DNA of 64,000 nt from Antedon mediterranea (Eukaryota > Animalia > Echinodermata). The stretch covers positions 23,309,648 through 23,373,647 of the forward strand of contig NC_092673.1 of the NCBI RefSeq assembly GCF_964355755.1, read 5' to 3'. The notes under the pieces were generated by a model. The model made no database searches, was not told the origin of the DNA, and worked only from the letters and a program-made list of their open reading frames with translations. Each line of letters begins with the position of its first letter. The first letter of the stretch is position 1. Positions 27,561 through 42,081 of the stretch are shown here, in pieces. Both the position numbers and the translations under genes were made by a program.

Positions 27561-28650
27561 TATGTTGTGTTTTTCCGAAAAATTGACATTCTAAATAAAA
27601 TGTTATGACTATAAGTTTGATATCACTGAATAGAAAATTTAATAAGCTTTCGGATGACATAAATCCCACTTGTATATAAAGTATTTTAAATGGCAAAATA
27701 TATGTAATTAATGGGGCATATTAATTTTGACGTAAAATGACCTTTATTGACCTCTGACCCCTTGACCCAATGCTTGGATTTTCGGTGACTTTTAGTATGT
27801 CGTTCTACAAATTATATCGAATTCAAAAATACTAGCTTTGTTACTATTGCAATTTGTGGTGGGTATATCATTAGATTGACTGGACTATGTCCATTGATAT
27901 TTACCACTACGTTGGGCTAACAACTCTACCAGTTGAGTCACTTTGTTATGGAAACCGCAAGAGTGGCTTTATGTTCCAATTGGTTGGAAAAGAACCCACG
28001 ACGGCTTTTACATCGTTTTAACAGTCCTCCATCACGTGTATGTAATACCAACTACTAATTGTAGCATTTAAAGGCAAAACAAACATTAATACACATACAA
28101 CTTTAACCAATTACTGTGACTAACGAAATTCTTAGATACATTTTTACTTTGTTCTGTCCTGTTGTCACCGATAGCTACAAGGTCAAGACACTGATAGTAG
28201 TTTATTTTCAAGTTCGATACAAAATCAAGGACAAGGATTACAAAAAATTACAATTTTAATCAGTCTATAATTCTATATAACTTTTGATTGAGCAAATATA
28301 GACAAGAACATACCTTAAAATCAGACAATTTTAATCCTGTCTAATACAACGATGGTCAAAACTGACACAATGTCCTTGATCAATAATATTGGGGTATAAA
28401 TAGATATCAATAATAGATATTATTGTTGTATTTTTTATGGGTACTAACAAGCGATGCTTAGTGTGAAAGCTATAAAAAGTTATTTAATAATCTTCTCAAA
28501 CGCTAGGTCAGAATATTATTTAAGCCGACGGAAATCCGTAGCAAACCCTGTATTAGCAGATTAAATCGGTCTATTCCATTTACAATATTACTCAGTAAAA
28601 CGTACATATTTATTATCAGTTTAATCCTTATTATTATTATTATAGTTTTA

Positions 28651-28840
28651 AAGCTTGGTTCAGACTAGGACAGCACGTATGTACGCGCAATACCAGGGTC
28701 TTATGCCTGGTTCGCACTAGAGACGCAACATTCGGACTGTCGCTTGCCATTGGTCAACTCGCTTACGTTGCGTTTACGTCCTTGCGTTACGTCCTAGTGG
28801 GAACCACGCTTTATGTTGCACTTACGTCCTTCTGAGCTTT
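28651..28840. mobile_element. PIF/Harbinger-type MITE nested in an older copy of the same family
   Basis: Inner copy 28704-28810 (tgcctggttcgcactag...ctagtgggaaccacgct) flanked by TTA/TTA; outer starts aagcttggttc at 28651. Confidence 0.7.
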
Positions 28841-29658
28841 ATAATTAATAATTGAGTTATGCATATTTCTAACAACAAATTCAGGACGATAACTAAAATG
28901 TTGTGAACGTTACTTTGCTTACAAAATAACACAAAGATACGGGGGAAGAAGAGATAATGGGGAGTGAATCTGATACAGATCATTTCACTACACAAAGAAT
29001 GAAAGTGTCTTAGGTATATTTATGCCTAAATATATTAAGTAACCGTAAGACAATAAGGCAATCAATTGCTGGATAAAAATATTGTCACTGACGTTAACTA
29101 AGCATGATGGCCAATTAAGTATAATACTAGGCTAATAATAAACTTTTAATCAGTATTTCAGTATTTGATTTAGCTATACGTTTAGGCCACCTTAATGATA
29201 TTATATGGCTTTCAAAGTGCATCGTATTAATAACGAAAAAAAGCTCTAATTTAATTTTCTTGGGAATGTCAAAAGTAGGTGGATGTACATAGCTCTGTAC
29301 CAATTGAAAACTACATGAACAAAATCAACCGGAAATACATTTCCACATAGAAGTTAGTAGCCTTTGAGGATTCAAGAACCGTATGAACATAATTAAGCAC
29401 ATTTATCATAGGCTGTTCTTATGATTAACAACCCTGTTTTGTAAATACAAAAATATGTCAAGTAAAAATAAAAAGGAAATCATATTCAACAATATTAATA
29501 CTTGTCTGTAGGAAAGCGTTAGACGCGACAATCGGGAGTTAACGTGGTGTGGTGGGGGAAGGCCAATGATGGTGTGTCTGAAGCCCCAGGCTAATGATTT
29601 TTATTTTCTTTCGGGCGGTAATACGCTTGAATAATTACTTCTGCCGTGTGTGTTAGAG

Positions 29659-29780
29659 ACTTACACGGATGTCTGACAACTCAAGCACAGGGGACGAGTT
29701 TTTGAATACATGTAGTCATTCGTCAATTATACGATTTACTCTCGGGAACACATAGCTGCGGATGTTGGTTTTATACCTGC
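29659..29780 (-). promoter_or_regulatory. Candidate TATA promoter and first exon of a leftward transcript
   Basis: Minus-strand TATAAAA at 29769-29775 in locally CpG-richer DNA, with a gtaagt donor at 29659-29664 about 80 nt after the expected start. No downstream exon identified. Confidence 0.25.
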
Positions 29781-32700
29781 TTTTGAGCCCGCACAACGGA
29801 TAGCACGCTCTTGTTACAGGTCTCTGCCCAACGTATTACACCTCTCTAGACAACAAAGCTTTGCTCTTATTATGGTCAACCCACCATTTAATATATACAA
29901 TATCAGTTTAGTTAAGTTATGCAAATTGCTAAACAAAGGGACTACTGCAAACTGAAGAAAGGTTACTACATTAATGAATGCGACTTGTTGATACAGACGA
30001 ATGGTCATGCGTACGCGTAAAGGACGAACGTCACACGCGCCGATAAATGGAAAATTCAAATGTCTTATCGGACACGAGGCCAGCATCCGAATGCATTCTA
30101 CGTGATCATTTGTACTACTATGTCATTCTTCGACGCCACAAACCATAACAGAATGTACGAGCAATCATTTAGCAGAAAGCATTATTATGTGTTAACATTA
30201 CACATACAGATAAATTGCTTCCCTTGACATGTGTGTAGTAATATTTGTTATTATCAACGTTATTCACACTGCGAATATAAACAAATACAGTCATAACACA
30301 ACTTTTTGTCTGTTTTACTTGAAAACAGTAAATAATTATTATGTTGCTACTTGAAATACAAAATACGATGTTATTATTAATTTGTTATGGCAGTTCTTTT
30401 CTGTATAAATACTATCAACTCATGTAATTAAGCACATTTCTTATTTATTATAAGCCTAATTCATTTAATATTATATGGTGTAGATTAAAAAAACCAACAA
30501 GCTAGCATAAGTTAAGCTCCGATCCTATTACAGCTTCTTTGTTACTGTTGTTTTCCTCTTGTTTTTTGTATGTATGTTTTTTTATGTATTGACAATAACA
30601 ATTTCTACATTTTCTTTATAGTTTTATCTCTTCCGTATTATTTTGTTGTCAAAATGTCAGCTTCCTATATGTTAAATGAAAATAATATCAAGTTGTTGTA
30701 AGCCTAACTATAACAAGCATGCACTTAGGCCTATTGACATTTTGGTGTGTTCTAGGTTTATACAAGTCTCTGACGTCGTATGATATTTTGCTTTGTGTTT
30801 TGAGATGACGCATTGAAAGATACAATGAAGACACTCATTTGCCAAGAATTTTCTGAAAATCAATTTTAAAAATCTATGAATCAAGAAACAGTAGCTCGGC
30901 AGTCGTCCAATTACATAGAGTATCGTTGTTACTAAGGGCAACGTTGGCAAACACTGATTTAAATACAGCTGATCGTCTGCGAAAAAAAGTCTGACTAGAT
31001 CATTACAATGTATGTACATAAAATGTAACTAAAACAAGATAAATTTCACAACAAATATAATAAATCGAGTGTAATGTACCCTCGTGAGAATCGTAATCCT
31101 ATAATTTTAGATCATAACTCATGGTTCTAAGAAGAACTTTTGTTTTTGTAGAAATATGTATGCCTATATTTATCTATCGTTGTACGTGTCGTTCTTATCA
31201 ACAGGCCTTAATGATTACACTCTAACATAAGACCCATTTACACGACCAGGTGATCTCTAAATAAGCGAATTGCCGGGAAAAGTTCAGAGAGGTGTAACAA
31301 GCTATATAAAATCTTTGGCAAAGGCATATTAAAAGAAAAATAAAAACCGTATATCTACTTTGCGTTGTCCATATTAATATTATTGTCACACCTGTAGACA
31401 AGAACGCGTTGCGCATGCTCCTGAACTTTCCTGCCCTACTTTCATCATCAACCTCAAGATATAGTTTCTATAAAAGGTACTCTGAAAGGAAGACATTTAT
31501 TAACAAAAACGTACTAACCTAATATAGTTCATCATGCAGTGTTGTACGGTACTGAACCGAAACCTTACATTCTGCTAATTCCAGCACAATTCCCTATTCC
31601 TCCTGCAGAAATAACTTGTACTGAGTTATAATGCACAAAATAACACAACAGCACATCCTCACGGATTATTCTGTAATCATTTTCGTGAGATTGTTCAGAT
31701 CGCCATAGTCATTACTGTACTGTTCAGGATTAGTAACTAAAAAAGAAAGAAATGTAGATAATATAAATCTAAACAGAAATACTTAGATTAACAATTATAG
31801 CATACTAAAGACATAATCATAATAATCATAATTGTTTTACTTTGGTAAATTTGGAAATAATTATCATAGGTGGCGCACTTTCACATTATTCCCTAATATA
31901 AATTCTATAGTTTTTCTTTTCTTTTTTTATGTTAGTGGAAACAGAGAGTATTTCTAATTAAATATGTAAATCATCTTGTAAGGAATCTAGATCGTTAGTA
32001 TTTCAACTTTAAGGTCGGGTTACAAACATGTGGTTAAAGAGTGTTAAATCAGGGACCTGGTTAAATGTAGTATTAAGTCATATAGGTCTACAGTTTGTGT
32101 GATCGTTACGTGCCATTTTCTACGTGGAATGTGTTAATGTGCAGATTACTGAATACAAATACGGAGCAAAACGCCCCGGCCTTCTTCATGATTCATACCC
32201 TTACATTTGATATCTTCTGGCATTTCAAGATAACACAATATAAGCTGTTTACTTTGAACTTCATTCTATGAAAAGAAAAGCTATATTTGAAAAGTAACAG
32301 GGCGAGAAAACATCATACAAACAAACTGGATTTAGCCATCAATTTGACAGATATATGAAACGAAGAAACAGAGGAAATTAACTTCGATGAAGAGAGCTAA
32401 GCATAGCGAAATATGATGTGACTTGTAATACAGGTCCCGTGGGCTTCTCTATCGCATTAAAATAAATCAGGCTTCTAAATTCATAAGTAAGGTACGAAAG
32501 AAATGAATCATTACAGAAATAAAAGTCGTTTTATAGTTCTAGTCTAGATTGCGATTATAACCCTAATACTTTAATAGCGGGACAACGTTCCACGATGAGG
32601 CCAACAACACTATCTAGATCATGTCTAGCTTATACTTTTTACAATAGAAACTGAATGAGAAATTAAAATTAATCATCAGATACTATACTTTACCCAATAA

Positions 32701-34294
32701 TAAAAATAGAATTTGGTTTTTTTTATCAAGACTCCGCAGTTTTTTTTTGCAGTAGTAGGGTAAAACAAACCAACAAAAGGAAATCTATGTTTACAAATGT
32801 GGAATTTTATTCATAAGTGTATTGACTCACAAAGTTCAAATTATCAATATAGTTTACGTTGAAACTGAACCAGTTTCGGTGTACCTGAGAATCAACAGTA
32901 GACAAGTGTTTTACAGTGTTTGCTATGCCTGGGGCAGACAACTTTCGATTTCGAAATTAAAAATTCTTATTTATTTCTTAATAGTTGTATTGCTAGATAA
33001 CTTATTTCAGACGAAGACTTGCATATATGGTTTATTTAATTATGGCGATTGTGTACTAGACGAAGGAAATGAAACAAACATTCAGTAAAAGTTCAAATGT
33101 ACTTAAATTGTTTGTTATGATATTTTGGTATAGTTTTACAAAACAAAGTATTATATAGAAGCCCCGTACCATGTTATGTCAACTTTTTACCTTAATGGCT
33201 AGTTACTAGTTGTTAGCGTTGCCAAGTTTTAAAAAGAAAAAAACGTGATGTTTGTGGCGTTTGTTGGGACCAAGTATTAAGAATACTTGTTCGGAAAGGC
33301 AACTAACTAGATTGATCAGCAACAACAATTCAATCAACGCTTTTGATATTAATTGACGTTGTATATATATATTTTTTTCACTCTTCAAGTTACAAATAAT
33401 GTACACGAATTTTAATCAAGACTTTTGGTCATAAAAATGTTCGAAATCTAATTTAAAAGTTTAAACCAATAATTGTAAAACGAGAAGCGTTTTAATTATA
33501 ACTCTAATTTCTTATGACATTTCCTTATGACTGTATCGTATTAAAAAGTAAGATGGTCCGATAACGAGCTTGTTGTGTTATCATTTACCAAATGATAGGC
33601 TTATAGAGATGAACTTTTGCGATTCAAATTGACTGTTGATTTCCTCTAAAATACTAATCTGAACATATTCGTTGAGGGGCTAGAAAAAAAAACCAATTTA
33701 ATCATTTGGTAGGCCAAATTATTGGCTGGTAAAACTGAGGCAATGTACTTTTCAAAGCCATTGACATGATGCTTTACGCCTACTCCTTTAACATTGAAGC
33801 CACTGGAATTATTTTAACTTCAGCCTACATCACTTCTGTCTATTATCTACTAGCTGAACCCGAGGCAACTATAACCCACTCATGAAAAATAAAGATGCAT
33901 AACTCACTACCAACAGATCTTAAATATCATTGGGATATTAATGATCAAGCTTTTTAATTTGTCTACAGTACTACAGCAGAGTTTTTCAATTGTTTGTTTT
34001 GTAGAAAAGTACTATAGTAGCACTAATGCTGTCAAGCGATCTGGACTAGGATCTTAATCTCTTAAACGAAAACACTTTCAAAATAATACACATTCCTTAA
34101 CATTACGCACGAATTATGAGGGTAGGGACATTGGCAATCAGTAATCAGTCTTTTTTGTTAGTTTCAATAATTCGCGCCAAGTTTCCATCCCACGAGTTAT
34201 ATGATAATAATTGAAGACACTTTAAAGATGTTTAAAAAGTGCAAAGTGTTCATGAAGGTGGATAGACGAGTTTCTAGCCCGTATTTAGTAAATA

Positions 34295-36503
34295 TTTTGG
34301 CACATATAGCGTTTCATATGAATAATATAATACTCACAATTATGTATGTATTACGTTACGTATTACGTATGTATTTTCAGACAAAAATGGAAACGTAAAC
34401 TAGTGGACTAACATAAAACACAATAAAAAAGACAATAAATACAGACTTTGGCAAGTCTAGAAGGTGGAGTAAGGTCATGTCAGTATTGTATCATATGGCA
34501 GTGTGAATGTGAATCCATAATTTGTTCTCAAATATCCTCCAAAACATGAAAAATAAAGATGCATAACATTTGCAATATACCATTTAGTAGTTTGAATAAA
34601 TTTCGAATAAAAGGAAAGAGTAAAAACAATCACTTCCCCAATTAAAAAAAAACACAAAATAAACGGTTAAATGTAACAAACAAATCCATTGTCTGACAGG
34701 CTTCTCCCTTTTTCAGTTTTTATTCAAGTAGATAATTATTTTTCGATCAATTTTTTGTTTGTCAAACTGAATAAATATTACCCTATGTGACATTAAAAAT
34801 AATAGCATATTCTACAAAAACAAATTTTAGAACAATTTTAGAGGGATAATGTATTTTATAGTTACGGAAATAAAGGCTAATGCTAGAAATATGTGATAAA
34901 AATATTTTATGTTGTAGGAAAAAAGCGAGTTTTTGTGTAGTTTGGGACTGAATAATACAGCTCAATGGATATATCCAGTGCTTATGCAAGGGGACGCATT
35001 GAATTCTTGCAAATTCATAATTCATACCAGTGATTAAATTTGTAATATTTCCCAAGAGGAATTATAACTTATTATATCGTTTCTGTGGATATTATTATAA
35101 TACAATATGCTATACTTTCACTGTCTTTAAAGTTTTATTTTGAAAAGATTAGTAATTTAAATTTATAGAATAATTATGGTATTTAAAAGTAAAGTAAATA
35201 AATTGTAAAATATATGACATGATTTTCATATTTGTTTTTAAACTTCTGATACAGAACTGTCGTGTGCAGTCACAGTACACTGCTGAGGGATAAAACATTT
35301 TTAGCGAGAATTTCATCGTTTTTTTATTTTACCAATTTATAGTTTCCAAACTAACTCGTCATCGGGTGAGTTACTTGATTATAGAGTGTATTTTCTATGA
35401 AGTTTTACTACAATTTACTACATTTTAAAGAGAACTCTAAGGTATGGTGCCATTATTTTATTTGTCACAAAAAAAAAAGAGATTCAGTTTTAACAAAGTT
35501 TAAAAAGGTAGACAGAATGATTCGTTCACAAAACACGTACGGGATATGTACATGCAGAATAATTAAGTTAACTTTCCGCTCTGTCTAAAATAGTTAATAA
35601 ATTCTCACTCATAATAATGCACATGGTGGAAACCACAGAGGCAGAAAGTTTAATAGCTCATTTGTAAAACTGGCCTAGCCAGCAAAGAAATAGGCCCCTG
35701 AAATAATCTACATTATTAAATCCATAATTGTTATTCTCAAGTTGATGGACTGTAACGTGTACTATTTATTAGCCTAATAGGCTGGAGACAAACAACGGGA
35801 ATAATACTTTCAATTCAAATAACGTAGAAATTTATTTTTTCTTTTCAATCACATTTTCAGGTAACTCTTTGGAGATCATAAAATAATAAGTCAGAAGCTC
35901 AATAAGTACAGACCTGGTGAAATGCTGTACATTGAGGCATGATAGATCTTTCCTTTTGCGATAATTTACCGCTGAATAAGAGTTTGCGGGTGCGTGTCAG
36001 TAACAAGAATGAACGCGCATACAAACTCATATAACGAAATTGCACTCTTGATGACGTCATAGTTAAATGGAGAAGTTATTGAATCTCATGTACCCACAAT
36101 CTTCCAGCAATTTATATTTATAAACACATATCCTTAAGCATGATCCATAACTATAAAAAAACCAGAAATGGATTTATAAAATGTGTATAGGATGATTGGG
36201 CATGTGATGGTGGGAGGCCTAAGTATGTTAATATTAATTCTAAAATATCATTTATATTAATAAGAAAGAATTCAGAAAAGAATCATTACATAATATGCAT
36301 TTGATCGATATCTCGTTACAGTATATTATATACAATATATACCGTAGTAAAAATTAAAAATACAGATTACAGAAGCATAATGCCTAACCAATACATAATA
36401 GCCAAAGTCTGTATTTATTGTATTTTTTATGGTAGTCCACTAGTCGACGTTTTGATTTTTGCTTGTGAGCATTATACGTTTGAAACGCTATATGTGCCAA
36501 AAG
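34295..36503. repeat. Dispersed inverted pair of a repeat element
   Basis: ttttggcacatatagcgtttca...actagtggacta.cataaaa...caataaatacagactttggc (34295-34451) is inverted at 36401-36503. Confidence 0.75.
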
Positions 36504-38305
36504 TTATCTTTTTACTAATATTAATTCAAAACACAGTCTAAAACCTAGACTCAAACAAATAAACTAACTTTGCAAACATTTTAAGAGAAATAAATAAAAT
36601 TAAAGTAAAAAGTGAAATCGCTATTATTACAGTTTATTACATTTATTCAGTCACATGTTTACTCTATAGGCTTCGCTTTGTGTCAGATTTGTTCGCTCCT
36701 TATCCGTGGTGTCGGACTAGCAAGATAGCTTCTATGCAAATTTGATATAAAAAAAACTGGTTTAGTTTCTTTACTTGTAAAAATTAATATTTGAATGTAC
36801 GCGTCGATACACTCGGCTTAAAACATTATTAGGAAGGAAAACAAGGCTTAAATCAATGATATGGCTCGCTCACACAGAGTCAGAATATCGCTTTTAATTT
36901 CCTATACATGTACGAGTGTCTTGAGAAAGTTTCTAACATATATTTTTTAAAAGATACAATATTGAAATTTAACAAAAACAATTCAGAAAAAAAAAGAATC
37001 AGAAAAAAATTCAATTAGGCACAGAATTTAAAAATGAATTAATAGTCACTTATTTACAAATGATAGACAAAGGCAGGCGATAAGGAAGGAGATTGATGAA
37101 ACGACGTACAAATTAGTACAGTAACTAGTAATCATGTTATTTTAAGTTAATTATAATGTTATAATATTTTTTATTTTGTTGTTATCGAATGATTTTTTTG
37201 TTCTCTCTAATAAATTTGTTTACTAAGTAATTACCGTACACTAAATTATACATGTAAATATAATCGTACTCAAAACATGTGCGTTTAGAAATATGATCTT
37301 TCAACATAACCGTAATATTTGGCCAGAAATTATTAATATTTGGCAGCTGGGTCACGTGATGACGGTGAACAAAGTTTATCAGAGAACTGTTGTATACTGA
37401 CCTTGAAACAGATAAACATCCCCAAGGAATTTAATGTTACGTGTTTACATAAAATAATTAAATTAATTATGAATATATGTTATATATGTTATATATATGC
37501 GCATGCGTAGGGCCTACTACTTGTTTGACACGGTTGTGTTCTGTTAAAGTGTCTACGGTTTATTTTCTCAAAATTGAATGCGTGCTTTAGCATTTTGATT
37601 TATATTGATGAAATAAACTTTTAGCCCAATGAGAAAATGTATAGCATCGTCACCGCTGAAATGCAACTGAAGCCTGTAGCAGAAGCCATACTTCACTCTT
37701 AGCTACACCAGACAGAACACTTTTGGCACCACCACTTCATGTTAAAACATTCACAATAACATAAAACCTAGGCCTACATATCATTCAACACAACTAACCA
37801 GTCAACATTTAATTGAGGTTTTCCTTTGTTTTAAAATATTGTTTATGTTATATTTAAATTCTGCAACATTTGTTTCTCCAAACTATGATTCATCTGGAGT
37901 TATTAAAAAATGGTTTTGGATTTCAGCTGACTACTACCGTAGCGTACGTAATGTTTTTTCTGTTTTAACAAATATGCAGACATTGTTCTTTTTAAACAAA
38001 AAAATACAATTACTACAGGAAAATTAAAATTGATTATTAGGTTTGGGCACACAGACCTGCAATATTAAAGTCAAGCAAAGGAATCGATTTAATAATTTAA
38101 CGGAAGTAAAGGGACTTCTGTAGTACCAAGAAAGAGTGATAGGAGGACATTTTGAACTAAAGAAACTGTGAGCTAAGAGGGCGGTAGATACACCCTGTAT
38201 GTCCATATAAAACAACATGTCCATCCACAGAAAAGATTATTTTCACTCAAGCTCAAGTAGTATGACAATTAGCCAAGATTTGAAAAAGAGATGCTAGTAT
38301 GGTAT

Positions 38306-38324
38306 CATGGAGGTAACCTCCATG
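38306..38324. other. Micro-palindrome with 7-bp TSD (putative P-superfamily excision footprint)
   Basis: atggtat|catggaggtaacctccatg|atggtat. Confidence 0.7.
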
Positions 38325-41167
38325 ATGGTATACTGTAGAGTGTAAACTATGTGTTGTATTGTACGGCGGCAGTTTATAGTCACAAGTTCATCAAAACCGA
38401 TACATTAACACATTCTGGAAAAGAGGGCCTAGGTTGTTCTCTGCAAAATATATACTTAAAATAATAATCATACATATAATATGCATGTACAAACACGGAA
38501 AACATGAGTTATTCACTTTGCGGCCAGTTTTACTAAAATTACTTTCTTTATGTTCAGATAAAAATCAGAGTTGATGATTGAGTAATAAAATATAATTTCA
38601 TAGCAGAAACAGGGTACGGTATACATCAATGCGTTCAAAAGTACAGAGCACCAACGGCGCCTCACTCAAAGGATACTACATGTCCAAAATGCTTATCTCC
38701 ACTTACGTTTCGTTCTCAGGAAGTCCCCAGTCCGCAAGTCTCATAAGTGCCTTTAAAATGCACCATGTTCTAAACTTAGCAGCTACATAGTTTTTTAATC
38801 TTCAAAAATATTCTTCAATTAGATTTAACAAGGATTATATTACGAGAGTATAATTACATTAATTACAGTATACAATTTTATATAAGTAAATAAGCAATGT
38901 ATCTTCAAAATTAGGCATATACCATTCATAAAATGTTCTTATATAAATGTAAGAACTTTGAAGATATAGAACGTGGTTGTGGACATGAATTAAAGATTAA
39001 ATACAACACTATTGAATTAATATAGGAAGTTCTATTTTATATTTAATTAATTATTTTGATATTTGTGTTTAAGCCAAAGATAATGTACCGCCATTATTTA
39101 GTGTTAGATCAAAGGTTAAACAGTCAAGTGTACATGATGTTCACCAAAGCAATACATAGGCTAGGCCTACACACGTATAACTGAAAATAAATTGTCTCAT
39201 TGGGGGCGTCAGGGCGATTCCATTACCCGATAGGAGTGTTTCCATTGATTTTACTATTTTATTCGGACAGAAAGGTTAGTGTCGGTTTATCCCGTTAAGA
39301 TAGGCACGAAAAAGACTTAAAGATTCAATTCAATTATATCTGGAAGTAGGTCTATGTCACAAATAACTACATGCTGTCAATTAGAAATACCCACAATGGA
39401 AACGTTTCAGTTGCATCAGACAAATGTACATTTACGAGCTATATTTTGTTGAACATAACAAATTACTATCGGAATTAAAAATGTCAGACGGTTTACTGCA
39501 GTATAACATACTCTAATTATTAAAATGAAAAAAATCAAGCCATTAAAAAAATGTTAATACCGTTGAGTGCATTACAAACATTAAATAGGCCTAGAATACG
39601 ATCAAAGTTAATATGAAAACAACAGGAAGGAATGCTATTAACTGATGAGAAAAAAGAAGCCCACGAATGGGAATTTGAAGAAATAGTTTGCTTAAAAAGG
39701 ATTAAAAGTTCCACCTGAATTGTCATGATCAATTACTGTATATCCTTTTATTTTCGCGCCAAATAATCTAATGCTTTTAAATAAGACAAGGTATTAGACT
39801 AATTAAACATCGTCTGCCTGATATACCCGTGTCGACTCGTCTGTATTTTTGCGAAGTCATATTTATACGATTTTAGTCGGAACAATTAATTATATAGAAT
39901 AGATACTTAGCGATGTCTTAATGTGACTAGACCGTGTTACGTAGGCCTAATGTGGACTCAATAATTGAATTCATTGTTTTAATCGTGGCATGGTTTATGC
40001 CAATAAACATATTATATTAATATATAGAATATCATATTTTGGTCATTAGGCCTGTATGTTCTGACATTTTTTATTGCACACTTTTTATCGTACACTGCTG
40101 AAAGTCTAAAACGATTTGTGGATATGTATACCTTATCCAAGAGATTATATTTGTGTGTGTATGTATGAAAAAACTAGAAGACTGATCTTTACCAAATTTA
40201 AACCACTGTAATTTAATAGCTACAAATGACTCCATTACATTTTGAAGGCAATTTTCTCAAGGATTCCATTTTTTTAGGCCGTAGGATAAGGATCAAATTG
40301 TGACATTTTGTTGCCACCAACTGGAAACTGGAGTTTATATACATTTTTAAAAGCATTTCACACTCTCTCCCAAATTTATGCACACGTAGGCCTACTGCGC
40401 ACAGGGACAACCTGGATCACAATTCTTGATCGGTTGTTTTTATTCCTGGCGGCGGAGGTTGCAACTCTGTGAACGGTTCTTGTTTATATAATTGTTTTAG
40501 TCTTACCCTTTACGGTCTATTTACGAAAATGTTATTCGTATGGTTGAGGTTATTACACATGTCTAATAGATTAAATGTCATCTTATGACACTCTTTGCGC
40601 TCTCGTGGGGCCCTGGATTAAACTTTTTATTTTGATATAATATATTTATAATAAAGAGAATAGTGTCGCTATTAATTACATTTTGGCAAGAGCACAAAGA
40701 GATCTTCGTGGGTAAACATCATACGCTCAATGGTTGTTCATTTTGCTTATTTAATGGATCGCAAGGATGCTGTTTTAATTTTGAGAGGCCCTTTTTATTT
40801 GGTTGGTTGACAGTAACACAGTCGCTTGCAATCAGTAATCTAATTTCATTATGTGTACACCCGGAGCCCTAAGCACCTATATTTTGGTCATAAGAAGACA
40901 GGAAGGGTCATATAAGCTATATTTAGCTTTTTAACCGACCCATAACATCAAGTAAGTATCAAGCAAGCAAGTATTAGGCCTACTGTAAAGAGGTCTCACT
41001 TCTTATTTTACTATATAGTACAGTAGTGGTTTTAAATTGCAGTATCATAGCCTGACATTTCTATTGTATAGATTATGCCGGATCACAATGTCGTCACAAT
41101 CTCACCACATAAGATTCCCAATTTATGACAGTGTCGTCTGAATTCCCAGTGCTGTATCTCCACATAC

Positions 41168-41331
41168 TATCTATTTCCGAAGTATCATCATAGGAAATGT
41201 GTAATACAGCATCACATGTAGTGCCTGTATTATGTAAGGTTATGTTAAGGGTTAGGTTACTCTAGATACATGTAGGCCTAAAACACATGTGATAATGTAT
41301 TACCAATTATTCCTTACTTCGGAAATAGATA
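41168..41331. mobile_element. Foldback MITE with a central (taggt/ttaggg)-like spacer
   Basis: tatctatttccgaagta...catcacatgt versus acatgtgat...tacttcggaaatagata; centre aggttatgttaagggttaggtta. Confidence 0.7.
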
Positions 41332-42046
41332 CAGTACCGAGAATCGGCTGGAATAGGCATGAAATATGTAATACATTTATATGATAATAGAAGTAAGTTA
41401 AAAGTCTAGTTAGTAGGCCTATAGGAATAGGTATTAGGCAAGGTTAAACCCAATTCATCGGCACTTTAGAAGCCTAGACAAGATTCAGGTGTCACACCTG
41501 GCAGATGTTTCTTTTTCCGAATATTTAGCGTTTTTTCGTTCTCTCATCTTAAATCTCTCGATTAAGAATTGAATCGGTAATTAATAATCAGTGAATAAGT
41601 CTATGTAATTCAAATGTACTTACTATTTCCATAAAGATTGAATTACTGTATATCGACATCGTTAAACGTTCCCACAATTCCACCTTTCTACATTTGTTGT
41701 GTTACGCAACAAAGGTATGCTATAGTTGAACTTATGCAAATACTTTTACTTAACTGTGGTCTCACACAGACTCGTACAGGGGTGAATTTCTTAAAGGTAC
41801 CGTATGAGGTGATTTATGAATAATTAATATGACTACTAAAACTAAATCATTGTGCAAATTTAAATACAATATTTTGCTAGAAAGAAAAATTGATTTTATA
41901 AGAAGTATGGATCGGAGCGTAGGCCTACACCTCCTGACCGTGCTGGGGACATAAGTTCTACACTTCCAACGAATTAAAATAAATCGGTATTGTGATATAT
42001 TCCCTCTTTACTAAAAGAATAAGTTTTCTGGTTTTTTTTTTTGGTT

Positions 42047-42081
42047 ATGTTTAATGATAGTCAGACTTTGGTTAAAATCCG
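42047..42081 (+). CDS. Possible upstream SCaMC exon adding MFNDSQTLVKIRYLSEIEE; may instead be 5' UTR
   Basis: ATG at 42047, strong donor ccg|gtgagt at 42082 and acceptor cag at 42301-42303. Splicing keeps the frame open into ATG 42326. No homology support visible. Confidence 0.4.

Larger units (their letters stand above)
23874..27887 (-). mobile_element. Academ DNA transposon, both ends intact, internally deleted and decayed
   Basis: TIRs of about 125 bp begin TAGTCCAGTCAATCTA and end TAGATTGACTGGACTA. 3-bp TSD TGT at 23871-23873 and 27888-27890. Transposase remnants on the minus strand. Confidence 0.85.

Noticed and set aside
41235-41262. Interstitial telomere
   Set aside because: Only 3-4 degenerate units, forming the spacer of a foldback MITE.
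1252-41823. The many 60-130 aa ORFs outside the elements listed
   Set aside because: AT-rich composition, mostly non-ATG starts, no recognisable domains and no consistent exon chain.
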